This document shows, in pieces, positions 45,648 to 45,883 of a stretch of 45,883 nucleotides of DNA; the first letter of the stretch is position 1; each line of letters starts with the position of its first letter. The notes under the pieces are model-generated. The model searched no databases. It had not been told where the DNA came from and saw nothing but the letters and a program-made list of their open reading frames with translations. A program made the position numbers and the translations under genes. Source of the stretch: Anaerolineales bacterium (GTDB lineage: Bacteria > Chloroflexota > Anaerolineae > Anaerolineales > JABWBV01); assembly GCA_013359445.1 (NCBI GenBank), contig JABWBV010000002.1, forward strand, positions 1-45,883, written 5' to 3'.

Positions 45648-45791
45648 ATGATTACGATTACGATGCCTGAAGAGGTGGATGAGCCGAAACCCAAAAAGCG
45701 GCCGGGCGATAAAAAGAATCGCCATTCACCCTGGTGGAAGAGATTGCTGGACAAACTCTTTCACCGTTATGAAGAAAACCCAAGTTCGTAG
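45648..45791 (+). CDS. Small hypothetical protein (47 aa)
   Basis: GAGGTG RBS; MITITMPEEVDEPKPKKRPGDKKNRHSPWWKRLLDKLF with amphipathic WWKRLL helix. Confidence 0.4.
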   Translation: MITITMPEEVDEPKPKKRPGDKKNRHSPWWKRLLDKLFHRYEENPSS

Positions 45792-45883
45792 TGAGGCACG
45801 CCAGTGCCGTTCTCCTGCACTCCGCAGACTGCGTGCAGAACTACGAACCTGAATCCCCCGTTCGTAGTGAGGCACGCTAGTGC
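45784..45883. repeat. REP/BIME-like cluster (truncated by window end)
   Basis: gttcgtagtgaggcacgc(c/t)agtgc at 45784 and 45860; inverted actacgaac at 45840-45848. Confidence 0.65.

Noticed and set aside
45784-45883. Two 24-bp direct repeats 76 bp apart as the start of a CRISPR array
   Set aside because: Only two copies are visible, the intervening sequence contains an inverted partial copy, and there are no cas genes. REP/BIME fits better, though the window end limits certainty.
1-45883. Prophage, IS element, integron, rRNA or tRNA (including tRNA-Sec)
   Set aside because: No integrase, transposase or phage genes and no RNA-gene signatures were recognised by eye.

Overview
A 45.9 kb high-GC bacterial chromosomal segment. 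Several features suggest Chloroflexota, class Anaerolineae (inference only): a Pro/Thr-linker C39 peptidase, an LAC-lipobox lipoprotein, tandem GT-C enzymes and short tandem repeats at gene junctions. Housekeeping content is glgA, prfA-prmC-tsaC, tsaD, a Xaa-Pro peptidase, selA, murI, a biotin-dependent acyl-CoA carboxylase operon, an acyl-CoA dehydrogenase, a WS/DGAT acyltransferase, three tandem GT-C glycosyltransferases, a YegD-like Hsp70 and an M48 peptidase. I recognised no rRNA, tRNA, transposase, integrase or CRISPR array. The best candidates for undescribed biology are: (1) an unannotated 33-codon leader ORF with an antiterminator/terminator switch and a second tandem terminator, upstream of a 1065-aa GNAT and an ABC exporter; (2) a DdrO/CapH-like XRE repressor divergent from a HEAT-repeat gene whose promoter carries a LexA-like box and a palindromic operator; (3) an AT-richer, tightly coupled three-gene cassette (52-aa truncated antitoxin-like peptide, 113-aa unknown, stand-alone C39 protease) upstream of selA; (4) a PemK/MazF toxin whose extra C-terminal tail resembles its own antitoxin; (5) a WS/DGAT fused to a phasin-like coil and a CCCH finger. 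All family calls come from recognising motifs by eye; no searches were run. Several start codons were moved from the ORF track using RBS and domain boundaries.
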